A DNA stretch of 64,000 bases from Camelus ferus (lineage: Eukaryota), in contig NC_045707.1 of the NCBI RefSeq assembly GCF_009834535.1, positions 49,850,001 through 49,914,000 of the forward strand. Reading direction: 5' to 3'. The stretch's first letter is position 1; each line of letters starts with the position of its first letter. The position numbers were made by a program, and so were the translations under genes. The notes beneath the pieces were generated by a model that searched no databases, was not told the origin of the DNA, and saw only the letters and a program-made list of their open reading frames with translations. Below, in pieces: positions 39,381 to 53,340 of the stretch.

Positions 39381-42300
39381 ATGTCTTCAATATATTAGGG
39401 AAATTAGCCCTTTTTCTTTGATGCTGCTAATACTTTATCCATATTTGTTACTTATGTCTTAACTTTGCTTACATTGTGTTTTACCATGTAGAAGTTTAAT
39501 TTTGTGGTCAGATTTATCAATCTTATTTAATGCCTTTGAATTGTAATTGATAATTAAAAAACCTTTCCTTACATTCCAGTTTCAGAGGGATTCAATTGTT
39601 TTTTCTTCTAGTTTTTGCATAGTTCCATTTCTTTGATCCATTTGGAGTTTATTCTTACACGGTCTAAGGAATGTATAGATCTGATTTTATCTTTGTCTGA
39701 ATAACTGATCATATGTCCCAATACAATTTATGAAAAAGCTTATCTTTGCTTTTCCTTACTCTCAAGTAATTTGAGTTACCACTGTTATCATATACTACTT
39801 TCAGTATATAGTTAAGTTTATTTCTGGTCTTTGTATTCTAGTCCATTGGTCTGTTCATGTATCAGTACCACACTCTTTTATTCATAGGGACTTTCCAGTA
39901 TGTTTTATTATCTGATAGGGCTAGTCTCCCCATCATATCTCTTCTGTTGCTGTGGTTTCCTGTCTATTCTTGTGTGTTTATTTTTCCATATAAGCTTCGG
40001 CATTGACTTGTCTAGTTCCAGAAAAAAACTTGTTTTTATTTGCATTGCAGTACATTTACAAATTGTCTTAGGGAACACCAACAGCTTGATGATGTTGAGA
40101 TGTCCTAATCATGAACAAAGAATGTCTGCATTTGGTCAAGTCTGCATGTGTCTTTCAAGAGTGTCAGGGGTTTTTAATATAGATTTTGAACATTTGTTAA
40201 GTTTATTCCTAAATGTTTTTAATCTTTTTGGTTGTTATTGTGATGGAGTTTTCCATTATATCTTCTAATTGATTATTGGCCGTGTGTAGAAAGGCCATTG
40301 ATTTTTCCATGTTAATTTTAACTCTTGTGCCTTACTCAGTTGTTCAATATTGAGTTAGTTTTCATTGATTCTCTTAGTTCTAGAGTTTAGGGTCTTCCAG
40401 ATATATTATCATGGGATCTAAAGAGATTGTTTTATTTTTCTTTTCCAGTTCTTATCACTCCAGTAGCTTTCTTTTTTCTGATCCATTGGCTAATACTTTC
40501 AGAATGATGTTAAATAGTAGTGGACATGGTGGGCATTCTTTCCTTGTTTTTGACCTTATATTGCATGCCTCTAGTGTTTCCCCATTAATTAACTTACTTT
40601 AGAATTGAGATATAGACAGGTAAAATTTATTATGTTAAGCATTTATTTATGTTAACTAATAGATTTTCTGATACTGGAGTATCCTTGCATTTCTGGTATA
40701 AATATCACTTTATTTTTTCTTTAATGTGGTGTTGAAGTCTACAGAAATCCTGAATAAAATATTAGCACCAGTTTTCATAAGTGATACTAGTCTGCAGCTT
40801 TATTCTATCTTTATTAGGTTTAGATATCAATGTTATACTTGCTTCATAAGAAACTTGCGAGTTTTCTTTATTTCCTGTTCCCTGAAACAATTTATGTAGC
40901 ATTGAGACTCTGGTCTCCAAAGTTTTGGTATAATCCTCCATGGAACCCTCTAGACCTGGTGCTCTTTTGTGGAGGTTTTTCTTTGGTAATGTTTTCTGTT
41001 TATCTCTGCTGTGGTCAGTTTTGGTAAGCTGTATTTTCTTAAGAAATTAACCATTTCTTCTAGCTTTAAGATTTATTTACATGGAAGTTATCAGTCTATT
41101 TTTTGAAATTTCCTCTGCATAGTTATTTCCTCTCTGTCATTTCATTTTAGTATATTTGTGCATTCTTTCTACTTTGTCAGCATGTATAACAGGTACATTC
41201 TGTTCTTTTAATCATGTTCCCACCTTTGTCTTAGTTCTGTAGTTAAATATATTAAATGCTCACCCTTAGTTTTTTTGCTGAAGATTCCCAAGGATCCCTT
41301 GGTTGCATGAAGTTCATCTTCTAGCAAATTCTTCAGGAAGGGCATGTGTATATTGTATTTCTGAGTTCTTGTGTTCACAACTGTTTTCTTTCTGTAGACT
41401 TAATATTTTAAGGGGAGCTTGGCTTCCATATTCTTAAATTTCTTGAAAATACTGCTCTGCTCCACTGTTGTCTTTTTTTTTTTTTTTTTTTGGCTTTTGA
41501 TTTTATTTTAAAAGTGATTTGATTTTTTTACTCTGAGAATTTTTCCCTTTGTTATTAAATTCCATTGTTCTTACTGAGATGTGTCTTGAAGTAGATTGTT
41601 GTAGATTAGCTTTCCCGGGTATACAGTGGACCCTTTCAGGGTGTTAGTTTAAATTTTCCTATATTTCTGGAAAGATTATATCTTGAACAATAGTTTCCAA
41701 TATTCTGTTCCATTGTTTTTCTTTTCTTAAAGGACTCCAGTTACATAGTGTTGGATCCTTTGTGTGCCTTAAATTTCATACTCTCTTCTGACCCTTTTTA
41801 CTCCTTTCTTTATCTCATTTTCATTCTCTTATTTTTCTGCCTTTTCTTCAATGTCCCTTATTAGATTTTCATTCATATCCATTCTCTCTTGAGCATTTTG
41901 TAATTTATTCTTGATTTCAGAAATGGTTTTATCTTTTTTTCTTTCATTCCTTCTCTGAGACTGATCCATTCCCATTGCATTTCTTCCTGGAATTTTGTTC
42001 ATTTCTGTTTTTAGTTTTTGAGTATTTGGTTCTAGGTGATTTTTGGTTTTGTTTTTAATGTTTTTGAATACTTGAGGATATTTAATTGAATTTGAAATAC
42101 TGCTTTACAGTTTCCTAGTGTTTCATGGTTTTTGGTGTGTGTTGTGTTTGTTGTTTTGTGGGGAGTGTTCATTAGGTGGAATGTGATTTGCATTTTTTTT
42201 CTTCCTCCAGTAGCTCTCTATGGAATTGGTTTGATTTCCATCCCTATTCCTAAGCATTTGGTAGACAAGTTTCTTCATTCCTAAATGCCTTCTGTCAAAA

Positions 42301-42874
42301 TAGTGAAGGACATTTTTTTTAATGAATGATGGCAATATGAAGGGAATTAGGGAGGAATTTGTATGTCTTTTTCTCTTTGGTTTCTTCGGGATCCTTAAGT
42401 TTTCTTTCTTTTTCATTGCTGTCTCTCCAAGGGGCACCACCCTTCTCTACTGATCTTCTTCCCCAGAAGTACTTCTTGCTTGAGCCTGCGTTTTTGTCAC
42501 TGTTGTCTTTCAGTCCCTTTCTGTATAGCTGATGAAGTGAACTACCAGATTCCAGTGTTGAGTATTTTGACATTTGGTGTTGGACTTCCTTCTTCTGTGG
42601 GTGATTTTGTCTGTGCTTTGTTTGGGTCCCCTGGTCTCTTCTCTGTTTCAGAGTCTCTCAAGTGTACCCTTTTGGGAGCAGGTTTGCAAAGGCAGTGGAA
42701 GCACTGTTGGATTTTTGCGTTGATTTCTCCTCTTGTGGGTAATTTGAAATTTGTGGTATTCTGTCTCTTAGTAATACTGGAGGTCATGTGTGGTTTTATT
42801 TGCACTCTTTGTGATTTTATATATTTTGGAGAAGGAGATTGGGATTCAGGCTACTACCATTATCCCCTTGACCC

Positions 42875-43031
42875 AGAAGTTCCAGAGGAGCTTTTTAAAA
42901 TTAAGATTCTTAGATCCTAGTCCTAGAGACTCTGATTCTGTTGGTGTGGAGTGAGGTATAAGACTGTGTGTTTTTTTGTTTTTTAAAGCCCTTAGATTAT
43001 TTGGATACAGAGCTAGTTTTGGGAAATGTTG
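42875..43031. mobile_element. MER5-like MITE fragment
   Basis: gagctttttaaaa...cctagagactctgattctgttggtgtggagtgagg...ttttaaagccc. Confidence 0.6.
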
Positions 43032-43039
43032 CCTTAGAC

Positions 43040-43218
43040 CAGGGATCAGCAAACTTTTTCTGTAAAGGGCCGGACATTAAGTATTTTAGGCTTTCAAGAA
43101 CATGTGCAGTCTTTGCTGCATATAGGGTTTTTTTTTAACTCTTTAAAACGATTTTAAAAATCATTCTTAGTTTTAGACCTTGCAAAAACAAGCTGTAGGC
43201 GATTTTCATAAACCCCTG
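43040..43218. mobile_element. MER58-family hAT-Charlie MITE
   Basis: cagggatcagcaaactttttctgtaaagggcc...tattttaggcttt...acccctg with inverted ends. Confidence 0.85.
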
Positions 43219-44459
43219 CTGTAGAACAGTCTTCAATACCTTTTTCTGAACTTGACTTAAAAGTCAGTGTAATGTTCACTTTTTTCTGAGAGCCTGAAAC
43301 AAGGACTATTTTCAGTGCCTTAAGCAGATTTAGACCTCAGGAATATAAACCAAGAGATGGTTTGAGGTACAAGCCAAAAAGAATAGAAGTGACAATATGA
43401 AATGGAAAATGAAGATGTTGGTATTACTGGCTAGCTGCTTTAAGAATAGAAGAACTTTACATGATTCCTGTAAAATACCTGTTTCACGGAGTATTGAGGG
43501 ATGCCTGGCATATTGACCAGCACAGTGTCTATGAATATGTGAATGAGGAGCCCATAGAGTTGCAAATATACCTCTAAAGTTACTTGTTTAAATTTTAAGA
43601 ATTTATGCCAAATTTATTTTGACTCTTTGCACAGCTGATATTGAGCTTTCCTGGCAGTATATGGGTTCAGTTGCTTCTTAAGGTAACTCTTGATTTGTGT
43701 TAGTAAGACAGACGCAAAATAGCTTCCTATTCCCTGTGGCCAGAGGGCATGCTCTTCGTCTTAAAGCTGTTATTATTTTGTCTAAATGTATTGGAGAAAC
43801 GCATGATACCCTTACTGTGTGTGAATGAGCATTCTTACCACTTCTCATTCCCCAGCAGTAGTTTTAAGCTGGCTTTATAGCAAAAGTCTCAGGTGAGGAG
43901 GAAAAGACCATTTTGGAAAGCTAAGTAGTATGAACAGCAGCACTGTGGAATGAGAAGGAACAAGGCTTGACTAGCCGGCTCGTTATTAGTCTTTTTAGCC
44001 ATCTCTGAATTCCATTCAGGTTCTTCTCTGTCCACCTACTAGAAGAAAACATGAATGAAGGACAAATGGCCACTGGAAAAAAACAAAAAACAGCCCTTTG
44101 AAACTTCTAGAGTCACATAGTGTAATCCTTTTGTAATCCATGAAGAGAGAGATTGATTTCCATTGTGGAATCACTGTGGTCTGAAGCGTGGGGTTAAAAA
44201 AAAAAGGCACTATGTTAGTCACCATTATTTTTGGTGACTGATCATCCTGTTTATCATCATTATTCACTGCTAGACTCAGTGTTTAAAAGTCTTTCACGCA
44301 GACTTTTACTTTGTGCAAGATGAGGGGGCAGTCAGAAGGTTAGGGATTTTGCTTGATGCAGTATCCTTGACATCTCCAGTGTTCTGGAGTTGTTACGACT
44401 TTCATTTCCTTACCTAAACAAGAAAAATGGACAGAAGTAGTTACAGTTTCATTCCCTTT

Positions 44460-44973
44460 CCTGGCACCATGGTCCATTTCTCATGGAAGCCGGTATAAGC
44501 TGAAAACACCAATCAGACGATATCACCCTGTAATTAATGTTCAAACTCCACCATGGCCTACCTTCCAGCTCTGCCAGCTCACCCCCCAGTGGCCTCTGCC
44601 CCATCATGCACTGTGCACTGTCCACATTGGCCTTCTTTCTGCCTCTTGGGATGTTTCAACCTTGTTCCTGCCTTAGGACCTTCATGTTCCCTCCAGCAGG
44701 AATGCTCTTCCCCCACATTTTGAGGCTTCTTCCTTGTCAGTGTTGAGGACACTCTCAAGAACTCCTTTTCATCCTCACCAAAGTAGTGCCCCTCCCTTGC
44801 ACACTGTCCTTCTTTTGTGTATTTATCATTCTTATAAAACAGAAGGAGGAGACACATAATTAGTAGAATTCAAAGTTCATTAGGACAGGAATGCAGTCAT
44901 GTTCACCACTGAGTTCTGGGTCCCTCAAGTACAGCCTAGCACACAAAGGACACATTTTGAGGAATGAATGGAA
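44460..44973 (+). mobile_element. L2 LINE 3' fragment
   Basis: ccacattggccttctttctg...cctgccttaggacctt...gttcaccactg...acagcctagcacaca...gaatgaatg terminus. Confidence 0.75.
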
Positions 44974-47778
44974 GTTTTTGCCCGTGTGTATGATTTTTAT
45001 TTCAATTATAATCTCTTTCATTACTGATAAAATATAAACAATGGTGTAACTCCCCCACACCACTCCACTCCTCTTGAGGAAGGTATGGGCAAATTCAGCT
45101 GATCTTGGAAATGCACCTGCGGGTACCCCTTACATGCTCTATCTCTGATCCGTGTGCTGTGAGAGTAAAGTTTTTATAAGGAAGGACCATTTCAGCATTA
45201 AGGGTAAATGCATAATAGTGTCTCTGTAACCATAATTGGGAAAACTATAAACGGTTTTTAAAATAAAGTTTCAGTGTTCAGTTCTCTGAATTAGGTTGTG
45301 GAGAGTTGTGTTTACCTGTACTTTTGTTTGATTGCCAAAATAACAGAGGATGGTTTTTTTGTTTGTCTTTCTTTTTTAAATAGGAGGGTGGTTTTATGCT
45401 TTCCCATAAAGGCACCTGAATTTAGATTTCTGTGAAAGTGACTTCATCCTGAAGTTCCTTAGCCATTGACCCACACAAAAAGGGAGCTCTTCTCAGTGCT
45501 TTCAAGTCCTGCACTCAGCACCTCCCCCCCGCCGAATATATAATCAAGTACTTCTAAAACTGGCCAGGTTTCCTCAGTATCAAAGACCTATTCAGGGAAA
45601 TAATGCTTTTTCTGAATTAGTTTCTTCCAGCAACTTTGAAGGTCACTGCTGCCTTCCCTCCTTATTTCATGTAATGTTAATGTGGGCAGGCTCAGGTTGA
45701 ATATGTAGTGAACTAAAAGCTGCTAGTTTTTTTGTTTTTTTTTTTTTATAAATTTCTGTGTACTTATGGCTCCCCCCACCTTAGAAATTCTGAATGCAGG
45801 GTTTACTATTTATATTTCATCTTGTTCCTTTTTTGTCCCACTAAGTGAACATGTAGCATGCCATCTGGCATATGAGATGTCCTCTAGTTGTGGCATTTGA
45901 AAATTGTGTGTCTGTTAAATCTACGTTGAGGTTTTTGATGAAAAACAATGGACAGGATGAAAGTAGTTTAACTGGTAGTCTGCCTCTGGTGAACTTAAGA
46001 TTTGCTGGTACTACAGAGAAGGAGAAATGAGCACTGGTGTGGTTTGGTACCAGAAATAGAGCAGAAAGAGGTGAAGGAATGTGTTGATATATTTTCAAGG
46101 AAGTGTAAGAAGTGTTACTTCCTGGACAGTTTCCCTGTGAAGATAGTAGGGGAGGACGCAGAGAGAGTACACTTGTTCTCTGTCATTTTCAGTCTTCAGA
46201 TGAATAAAGCACAAGTTTTATTATAACTTCATCCTGTATTCTTCCATTTAAAGTATATTGATTCAGATATTGCCGTTAGTGAGTTAGGAGGAGAATATTT
46301 GAAGGGCAAATTAATCTCAGTTGGAAACTGTTCCTTAAAATGTTCATTAGTGTGCTAGAAAGATTTGGGGAGGGTATAATCACTGCCTCCCACTTACCAG
46401 CACACAATTGAAATTAAACTCCTGTGGATAAATCACTCAAAACAGCTGGGCTCTGCATAGGAATACCTCAAAAGCTGGGCCCTGGATCCATGAAAAATAC
46501 AAGGTGTTTAATATCCTGCAGGGTCTGTATTCAGTATCATTTGGCAGTGATAAAGAAGGCTGCTGTCTGCAGCTCCTTGCGTAGCTTTCTTGGCTCTGTT
46601 GGATATATGAACTATTTTTAATAGTCAAAATTGTGAAATACTTTTCAACAAGCTCTATGATTTTTTTTTTCCGGTGGGGGAGTTGTTTTTTTGTCTTTGA
46701 GAGAGACTTCTAAAAAAATTTTTGATCCATAATGGATACTAGTTCCTACAGAGATTTCTTCTAAGGGGAGAACATGATTTGAAACTGCTTTATTTTTTTA
46801 AAGCATACTTTTTCTTTTGTTTGTGTTCTATAGTAATAATAAATGGCTGCCTTGTAAATTTGGGAATTCTAATTGTTTTTAAAATGTGAATTTAGAAGGG
46901 TAATTATTTTATAGGAGTGTGGGAGCCAGAAATTTTCTTTTATATAAAATGTGGCAACAGCTATAAAACGAATAAGCTGCGACTATTTGCAATTTTTCTA
47001 CCTTTAGATAAGTACACATGATGTCTTCACTTAGAGAAGACTTGGTATTCCTCCGACTTTGCATACCACTTTGTTATCCTTTTAATGTAAATAATATGTG
47101 CAAAAACAGCAATAGTAGAAACACTTTTCTTACTTAAAAATTGAAGTATAGTAAATGCTTATTTTTCAGATCTTTTCTAGGAGAATGTTAAAAATTTTAA
47201 GAGAGTGTTCTGAGTCACATGCAGTTATATCTGATGCTGCCACAAAAGTCAGTAAAATACATCACCCGTAGTTCTGCCAACCATCAGCTGTATAAACCAT
47301 GTCTGTAATTCTTTTGCAATGCCTTATATGGTTCTGTACATCCAAGGTGAAATCAGGAGACATTGCTGAGAGTAAATCAAAAACCTTTGGTCTTTGCCCT
47401 TTAATGTGTACTTCCTAGAAAGTCCCAAGAGCTCCTGCAGTGAGAGAGGAGATCAGGGAGTCCTCCATCCCTGCAGTTCTTTCCCTGCCCCACTGCCCAC
47501 CCTCAGCTTGGAGTCTGTGGTTTACATTCTGGACACCCACAAGCAAACAAGTTCAGCTGCCTTCAAAGCTAACACCTCTCTATTAATTACCCTCTCCCTC
47601 CAGTGAGGAAGCATTCTGATGACAATAAATCTCTGAGGTTGTAAAAACAATTCTTCTGGCCAAAATAGATTTGTTAAGTATTCTTGAAGTAGCACTGTTT
47701 TCCTGGAGCCTTTTACTATTTGTTTTTTAAATAATCATACCTAAAAATAAGTTCTGGCTAGTTAGGGCTTTAAGATTA

Positions 47779-47807
47779 AAACAAACAAACAAACAAACAA
47801 ACAAACA
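47779..47807. repeat. (AAAC)7 microsatellite
   Basis: aaacaaacaaacaaacaaacaaacaaaca. Confidence 0.95.
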
Positions 47808-48714
47808 GTATCTCCCCCAGAAAGATAACAGCACATTTACCACTAGAACCGAAATAGATTCTGGGGCAGCCTGGGAAGGACCCTTTTCTTACTTGTTTTA
47901 TCATAGTGGTAACTAATGGTTGAATCATGTGAAATATTTTCATGATTATGAACTTGAATAGAGGGGAGCTACTTTTCTGGAATGTAGTAAAAGCACTTCA
48001 TTGCTTCAGTTGTAGGTTATATGACAGCAGTATTGGGGAGGGTACAAATTTTACATTTGCATGGCTTTTCTAGCTTTATAGTTAAATAGAACCTTTTGTT
48101 CATTTACCAAACGTTCAGGTGCTTACCTTGTGCTATACCATATACTCCACTATGTGGGTAAAAGCTGCTCTCCTTAGGCTCATTGTTAATATAACAAGAA
48201 CAGAAATATTCTCAAAGTCAGCATAGTATCTTTTAAAAAAAAGAGTAGTAATGCTGCCTTCAGATACAAGTATGTCATCCTTCATAATAGACCAGTATTT
48301 TGACCCTGAAAGAGATACACTGACATTTATGTAATATGACTCCCTGTATACTGTTACATGTATGTCTAATTGTGAAAAGCGTGAGTTTAGTTGGTAGAAC
48401 AAATTGAGATTTTCTTACTGTTTTGAATGAAGAATTCTCCTCTTAGTTTGTAAACTGGATAGCACCTTTTCCTTTTTATAGACTCTTTGTATTTTTATAA
48501 TTGTGGTATAATGCTTTTCACATAATGAGCTGCAGTAAATATTGATAATAGTGAAAATTCCTGATCTCTTCAATATATGATCCTTCAGAATTAAAATTCC
48601 CAGAGAATTTTAGTGACAGCTTAGTTATATATGCTGAATTTCCGAATAGATGAACATCTCAGAAAAGTCTGGTACCATACCTCAGTATATATGTGAATAT
48701 ATATATGCAAAGGC

Positions 48715-48925
48715 AGTTAGGGAGAAGTGGTGGGGACCAAACCGCACTGCCTGAGTGTGAACCCCAGCCCTGCCCTTAACAGTGTCATAACCTTGGACAA
48801 ATTGCTTACCCTACCTCACTTCAGTTTCCTTAGCTGTGAAGTGGAAAGTAACAGTACCAATCTCGTAGGGCCATGGTGTTCCATGAAACACTGTGGAATG
48901 TCAGTTATCAGTATCGTTACCATCA
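48715..48925. mobile_element. MIR SINE
   Basis: ctgcctgagtgtgaaccccagccctgcc...accttggacaaattgcttacc...cttcagtttccttagctgtgaagtgg. Confidence 0.8.
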
Positions 48926-50173
48926 TCATTATTGTTCAACTTCATGTAAAACTGATAGCACAGTGCTGTCTGTGTAGGAGACATTCAAAATTGGGTGGTT
49001 TTTCTTTTACATTTGGCAACAAGCCACAGAGATAGTACTCTGAGGTATTTTTGCTGTCATAGGTGCAATGTCAAAGAATCTGCTTTTAATGCTACATTTT
49101 GGCCAGTGGTTTCCCCACTTAGCCACCCCTGTCTTCCCCTAAATACCCTGTGTTCATTTTTTATTTTCTAGCTAATCCAAAAGGCTCTAATGAAACATAC
49201 TGTTCTGAACCCTTATGAGCTTAATGCCCACTTCTCTTCTTCCAAACTTTGAATAACCAAAGGTTCAAAGGAAATCAACCACTGTATACCTAACACAATT
49301 GTAATGAAATAATTGTGTAATTAGTAAGTAGTTTGATATATATTCTAGAAAAGAACGTAAGTTGTGTGGAGACAGGGAGGATTCTGTCATGTTTCCCACT
49401 GTGTCTCCAACACCAAGCACTCAAATACACCTTGAATGAGGAAAAATGTTTACATGCCTATTCTTTTCATGCTAATGTCAGTAAAGGAGTCCATGAATGA
49501 CAGTCTTCACCTCTTCTGAAGCTTACAGGCTAGCTGAGGAGGTACACATTTTACAGATACAGAGTTAGAGAAACCCAACTTAAAATGCTTGAATAAATGA
49601 GAAAACTAGCTGTAAGTTGTTACCTGTTCTATAACTCCTGATTGTATTTTGAAGGGAAGGTGACCCAGTGCTATGAGTGACGCCCACCCTGCCACTGTTG
49701 TTACTCACACCATGTTCATATTATCCGCATTTCTCATTTACCTCATTTAAAAGTCCCCAGTCAGGACTGATATGTATAAGATCAGTGCTGCCTTTATTAA
49801 GAAGATAAGGCTATCCTCCAGCTTTGAGGTAAAATTTGCCGTAATAGAGAACAGATTCCAGCTATCAGGGAGAAATGTTGATTGGTTTTTGGAAGACACA
49901 TTCTGCAAGATACCATATTCATTCTCTTTTAATCCTCATGACAGCCTTGAGGGGTTGATAATAACATATCTAATACTTATTTTGTAGACATGATCTGTCA
50001 CTCTTAGGACAAGGTCTGAAATTCAGTGTTTTAAAGGGACTACAAAAGATGGAAATGATTCGCTTAGGAAGGAAAAGGAATTTAGCTACTTACTGGATAT
50101 TGGGGAGAGAATGAGAAATCAGAGGTGCTTTTGAGTTTAAGTGGTCGATACTTTGAAGGATGAAACAACAGAA

Positions 50174-50411
50174 CAGTGTTTCCTAAAATATTCTGTGAAA
50201 TAGTGTTTCCAGGAGATATTAATAGGTGCTCATGGAGGGAAAAAACAGTAGTTAAAAATAAGTTCAGGAAATGCTACATATAATATTTCCCTTTTGTAGA
50301 TTCTGCAAAGTCTGACCAAAGAAACCTACTTACCCTGCTGACCTTTTCACATCATAGCTCTTAACATATGGTAAAATAGCCTTCTCTAGGGCACCAGTTT
50401 GGAAAAGTCTG
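50174..50411. mobile_element. hAT-Charlie-like DNA transposon remnant
   Basis: cagtgtttcctaaa start and cagtttggaaaagtctg end, followed by a ttctagag target-like 8-mer. Confidence 0.55.
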
Positions 50412-51494
50412 TTCTAGAGGAATTTGGGGATTGGTAATAGGAATGGAGTTTTGAGGTTTGAGCTTGAGGTTATAACTGAAAATTAAATTGCCGTCAGGGT
50501 TTTGGAGATGAGTGAGAAATGAAGCTTTGAAAGTATAGTTTGGTGGGTAAACTAAGTGGAAGCGAGACAGAACCTGGAAAAGAAAATACTAATATCCAGT
50601 TATAATTCTGAACCCAAGACTATTGAATTGCATGTGGGTCCTTCAGATAAAGGCATAGCTTTTCAATACCTTAAGTATGTATAAATGATCATGCTAGACT
50701 CTATGTAATCCACAGTAGTCAGGTAATGGGAAGTACAGGTAGTGTTTGTAAGGACAAATCTAGAGTCATGACTGTTGAGTGCTGGTGACATAAGAGTGGA
50801 GGACCCCAGACTTTACCTGGATGGGTGTAAAGGCAGGAAGTGCATGGGGGAGCCTGTCAGGGACACCGGAAGGAACGTTAAGAGAAATAGATAAAAAACT
50901 AGAAAGTGTGCATGGTTGGGCAAGGCAGGACTCTTTCATGGGGTAGGCAGCCATTAGTACTAGATAAGAAAGGGGTATAAGATCACTGGGCTCAGCTCCT
51001 CCATTTATCCATGAAAAAAAGTGAGAGCAAGGATTAAATATTAGCACAGCAAAGTCAGGATTGGAATCCGGTCACTTCATTGTTACCTGTTTGTACTCCA
51101 GAGATTTCAAAAGGGAAGAGACTGTTGAGGTATCCCCTCTCTTGGGAGAATGAGGATTGGCTGTCCCCCAAAGGGCCCTCAAGGGAGAGGGATTGCACCC
51201 CTTAGTAGGTTTGCCGTGCTAGAGGGTCTGAGACTCTGATAATCGATTTTTTTTTTTTTTTGGAATCAGGCTCATATTATCAAAGCCTCATGAAATTGAT
51301 ATAAAAATCAAAATGTTAATATATTAATTTACAGTGGAAAAAATTACTACCATGAGAAGCAGATTCTCAAGTCCTAGCTGGCACATTCTCTTCCCCATAG
51401 ATTTTGCCACATGGGAAGCTACATTATAATTAGAAGGTTGCTTAGTGGGTATGTTGGCAGAACAAGTGGCATAATATGTGTGGAATGTGTAATG

Positions 51495-51630
51495 GAGTCA
51501 GGCTTTTCTTAACCTCTCAGAGACCAGTTGCCTCTCTGGCAATATGGGTAATAACAGAGCCTTGTTGGTAGGGTGTTGGAAGCATTAGGTAGAGTGTAGT
51601 GTGCAGTGTTTAGCACAGTACCTGCCACAG
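51495..51630. mobile_element. MIR fragment
   Basis: cttaacctctcagagaccagttgcctctctggcaatatgggtaataacag...tttagcacagtacctg. Confidence 0.7.
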
Positions 51631-51930
51631 GGATTCTGTCAGTGTTCTAGTTCTTCCCAGTTAGAATACAGATACTCCAGAACCTCCTTGTGGCTTATAA
51701 TCCTCTCCTAAACACTGCTGGAATGAGAAAGGCCAGGTTTCCTTTTGCTGCTCTAACAATTATCCTTTGCCTGTGCTTTCATAATTGACCAGCCCATTTC
51801 TGACTGTTAAATTTTTTTTTCCTCAGTAAGTTAAATTGACTCATTCAGTCTACCTAATGCCCAATCTTAGGTCCTGGGATCCATTTTGATCTTTTTAGGA
51901 TGCTCAGTGTGGATTCTCTGCTCAATCGAT

Positions 51931-52015
51931 TATGTTAGTTGAACCATATGAAATTGCTGCTATTTTACTGATTTTCACATGCAAAAATGGCAGTGTCACA
52001 TGGCTTAACCTAATA
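51931..52015. mobile_element. MADE2 (Tc1/mariner-derived) MITE
   Basis: ~85 bp hairpin tatgttagttgaaccatatgaaattgc...gcagtgtcacatggcttaacctaata with TA ends. Confidence 0.88.
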
Positions 52016-53154
52016 CACTGATTTTAAAATTCAGTTCTTTCCAAGTGGTCCCAGTAGTTCCTTTTATGAGAAGCTAAGTCTATTGATGAGTCCTGAAGCC
52101 TTTTCTTTAAATGCAGAGGGCTGTACCATTATCCCTCTCTTTCTGTGATCAGGTTCTGAGAAGGTTCTTCTGCTGCATGTCTGCTTGTGTCCTTTGTGTA
52201 ATATACCATTTTTCCTCTTCTCTTTACATGTACTCTCTTACTTACTCAGATCAGCACTGAACATATGAATGACTATTTGTAATTCCTTGATTGATAGTTT
52301 ACGTGGTGCATTTTTTATTTGTTATTAAACCAGTGTTTGCTGCTCAGTGTACGTTCTGTGCGTGATATCCTAGATCGTAGCCATTAACTTTAAAATGTTC
52401 AGTTTTAGAAAGGATATTGTGCATCAGTACCAGAGTTGGCAGATTCTTTTGTTGCACTAGAATTTCAGTGTAATTCTCATAGATCAAAGTCGGAATGCCT
52501 AATTATTGAAGGCAAATAAATCGCTCTCATAATGCTCAACTAACACCTACAGCATTTAGGGAAGAAAATAATCTGTAGGCTCCTCTGATAAATTAGCTAT
52601 TTCATCTACACGTTTTCTGGTTCTTGTTCATTTACAGTATGTGAATTCTAAATGATTATAATCACTGGATGTATAGATACAGGTCTGTGTTTTCCCCCTG
52701 AATGTTCTGTAATTAAGAGTTTTCCATGTTGGTGTTTAGTTTTCTTAATTATTAAAGTTTTGAAGAATCTTTTTAAATTAATCATTTAATTTTAATTGTG
52801 GGAAGAAAACCTTTTTCTCCCAATGAGGTGTCACTTTACTGTTCTTTCTAAAATAGATAATTGAATAGTAGATCAGCTCTTATAAAATTCTGTATATGAT
52901 ACAACACTCTTGCTTTTTAATTCTTAAATGCTGGTAGATATCATTATATATAAGGATATCACATTCAAATATTGCATTTAATGTCTTTGTTTATTTAACA
53001 AATATGTATTATGTGCCTTTATATCCACAGGCTAACTTAAGTATTATACAATATACTCTGGATAGGACAGTTTATTGGAAACTAACTAAAAATGTGTTAA
53101 CTGCTAATTATAACAACTAAATAGCTGGTTGTTTGTTTTTTTTTTTTTTTTTTG

Positions 53155-53340
53155 AGTACTTCTGAATACCACACACTAAGATATGGGGATGATTTTAAGA
53201 TATTTCTTGTATTAATTCAGTTAAACCTCTTCAAAATTACAAGGTAGCCCATTTTATAAGTGAGAAAGCTAAAACACTGGGTAAATTGCCCAAGGTCACC
53301 CAGCAAGTACAGGAAAGTGCTGGAATAAAATCTAAAAAGT
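53155..53340. mobile_element. MIR SINE
   Basis: cccattttataagtgagaaagcta...taaattgcccaaggtcacccagcaagt. Confidence 0.8.

Larger units (their letters stand above)
37690..42800 (-). mobile_element. Long ancient antisense LINE-1 (L1MC/L1ME-like) remnant with nested insertions
   Basis: T-rich antisense L1 motifs throughout: gtttccagcattttgaagttataaataatgccacaatgaa, ttaatttgcattt, atcagtaccacact, atgttaaatagtagtgg...gggcattctttccttg. The distal boundary and subfamily are uncertain. Confidence 0.7.

Noticed and set aside
39900..42920. ORFs of 100-146 aa (39900-40268, 42123-42440, 42480-42920)
   Set aside because: They lie within a degenerate antisense L1 region. Their composition reflects T-richness and there are no RT or endonuclease motifs.
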